The notes under the pieces: generated by a model
What the model saw: the letters and a program-made list of their open reading frames with translations, nothing else
What the model was told of the DNA's origin: nothing
Databases searched by the model: none
Source of the DNA: Antedon mediterranea
Taxonomy: Eukaryota > Animalia > Echinodermata
Direction: 5' to 3'
Assembly: GCF_964355755.1 (NCBI RefSeq)
Contig: NC_092676.1
Location: forward strand, 14,216,871 to 14,280,870
Length of the DNA: 64,000 bases
Part shown: positions 63,593 through 64,000 of the stretch, in pieces
Numbering within the stretch: position 1 is the stretch's first letter
Layout of the letters: every line of letters starts with the position of its first letter
Translations under genes and position numbers: made by a program

Positions 63593-64000
63593 GTAAGAAT
63601 TGCCATTTGAAATACTGAAAATCACAAAATTTGTGCACCTAGTACAGTAGTGGCCTAGTCTGGCCTACTGCTGTAGATTACTCTAGGCCTAGCTAGTGAC
63701 CACCACTGCATGCTGTAACTAAAGTATGCAAACACGGCAGCCTATTTAGCTACGATCTACGTATTTGGGGTCAATTTAAGGTCAACTTGGAATTTACGAA
63801 TCCTGTGTTTTACGTACGTCTTTCGGGCCCGTGCCATATGTAAAATGAAGGTTCTGCTGTGTAGTCTCCATGTTTATTTAGTTACATCCCTAAATTTACA
63901 TTAGCATATTCTGTTCAGGTTATGACATCCAGAGCTGAAGCGTCAATTTGACGAAGAGGACAACAATTTTGTAAAATCATGAACATTTGTTTATAATTCA

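Overview
AT-rich, intron-rich animal genomic DNA, probably from an invertebrate deuterostome such as an echinoderm (inferred from composition and repeat types). The window holds two divergently transcribed genes around a short shared promoter at about 12.9-13.5 kb. On the + strand is SPT5/SUPT5H: 17 coding exons read from 19331 to 63592 (about 686 codons, acidic N-terminus, NGN, KOW1 to the start of KOW5), and the gene runs off the right edge. On the - strand are the first three coding exons of a protein with an EDGEI-x-EDGEI motif and a Lys-rich tract resembling the ZC3H4/ZC3H6 (Su(s)) N-terminus; no further exons were seen in the window, so it probably continues past the left edge. The introns are packed with nested DNA transposons (hAT-like with 5/6/7/8-bp TSDs, Academ/AcademH-like, Harbinger, pogo/Tc1, Kolobok, Helentron-like), a Penelope fragment with hammerhead-like pLTR motifs and a CR1 3' end. 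Main highlights: a U12-type intron in SPT5 (47324-47842), a TA-targeting element inserted inside an SPT5 splice donor, the head-to-head pairing of two Pol II elongation/termination regulators, and a 10-kb nest of five transposons. All alignments and family assignments were made by eye, with no database search.
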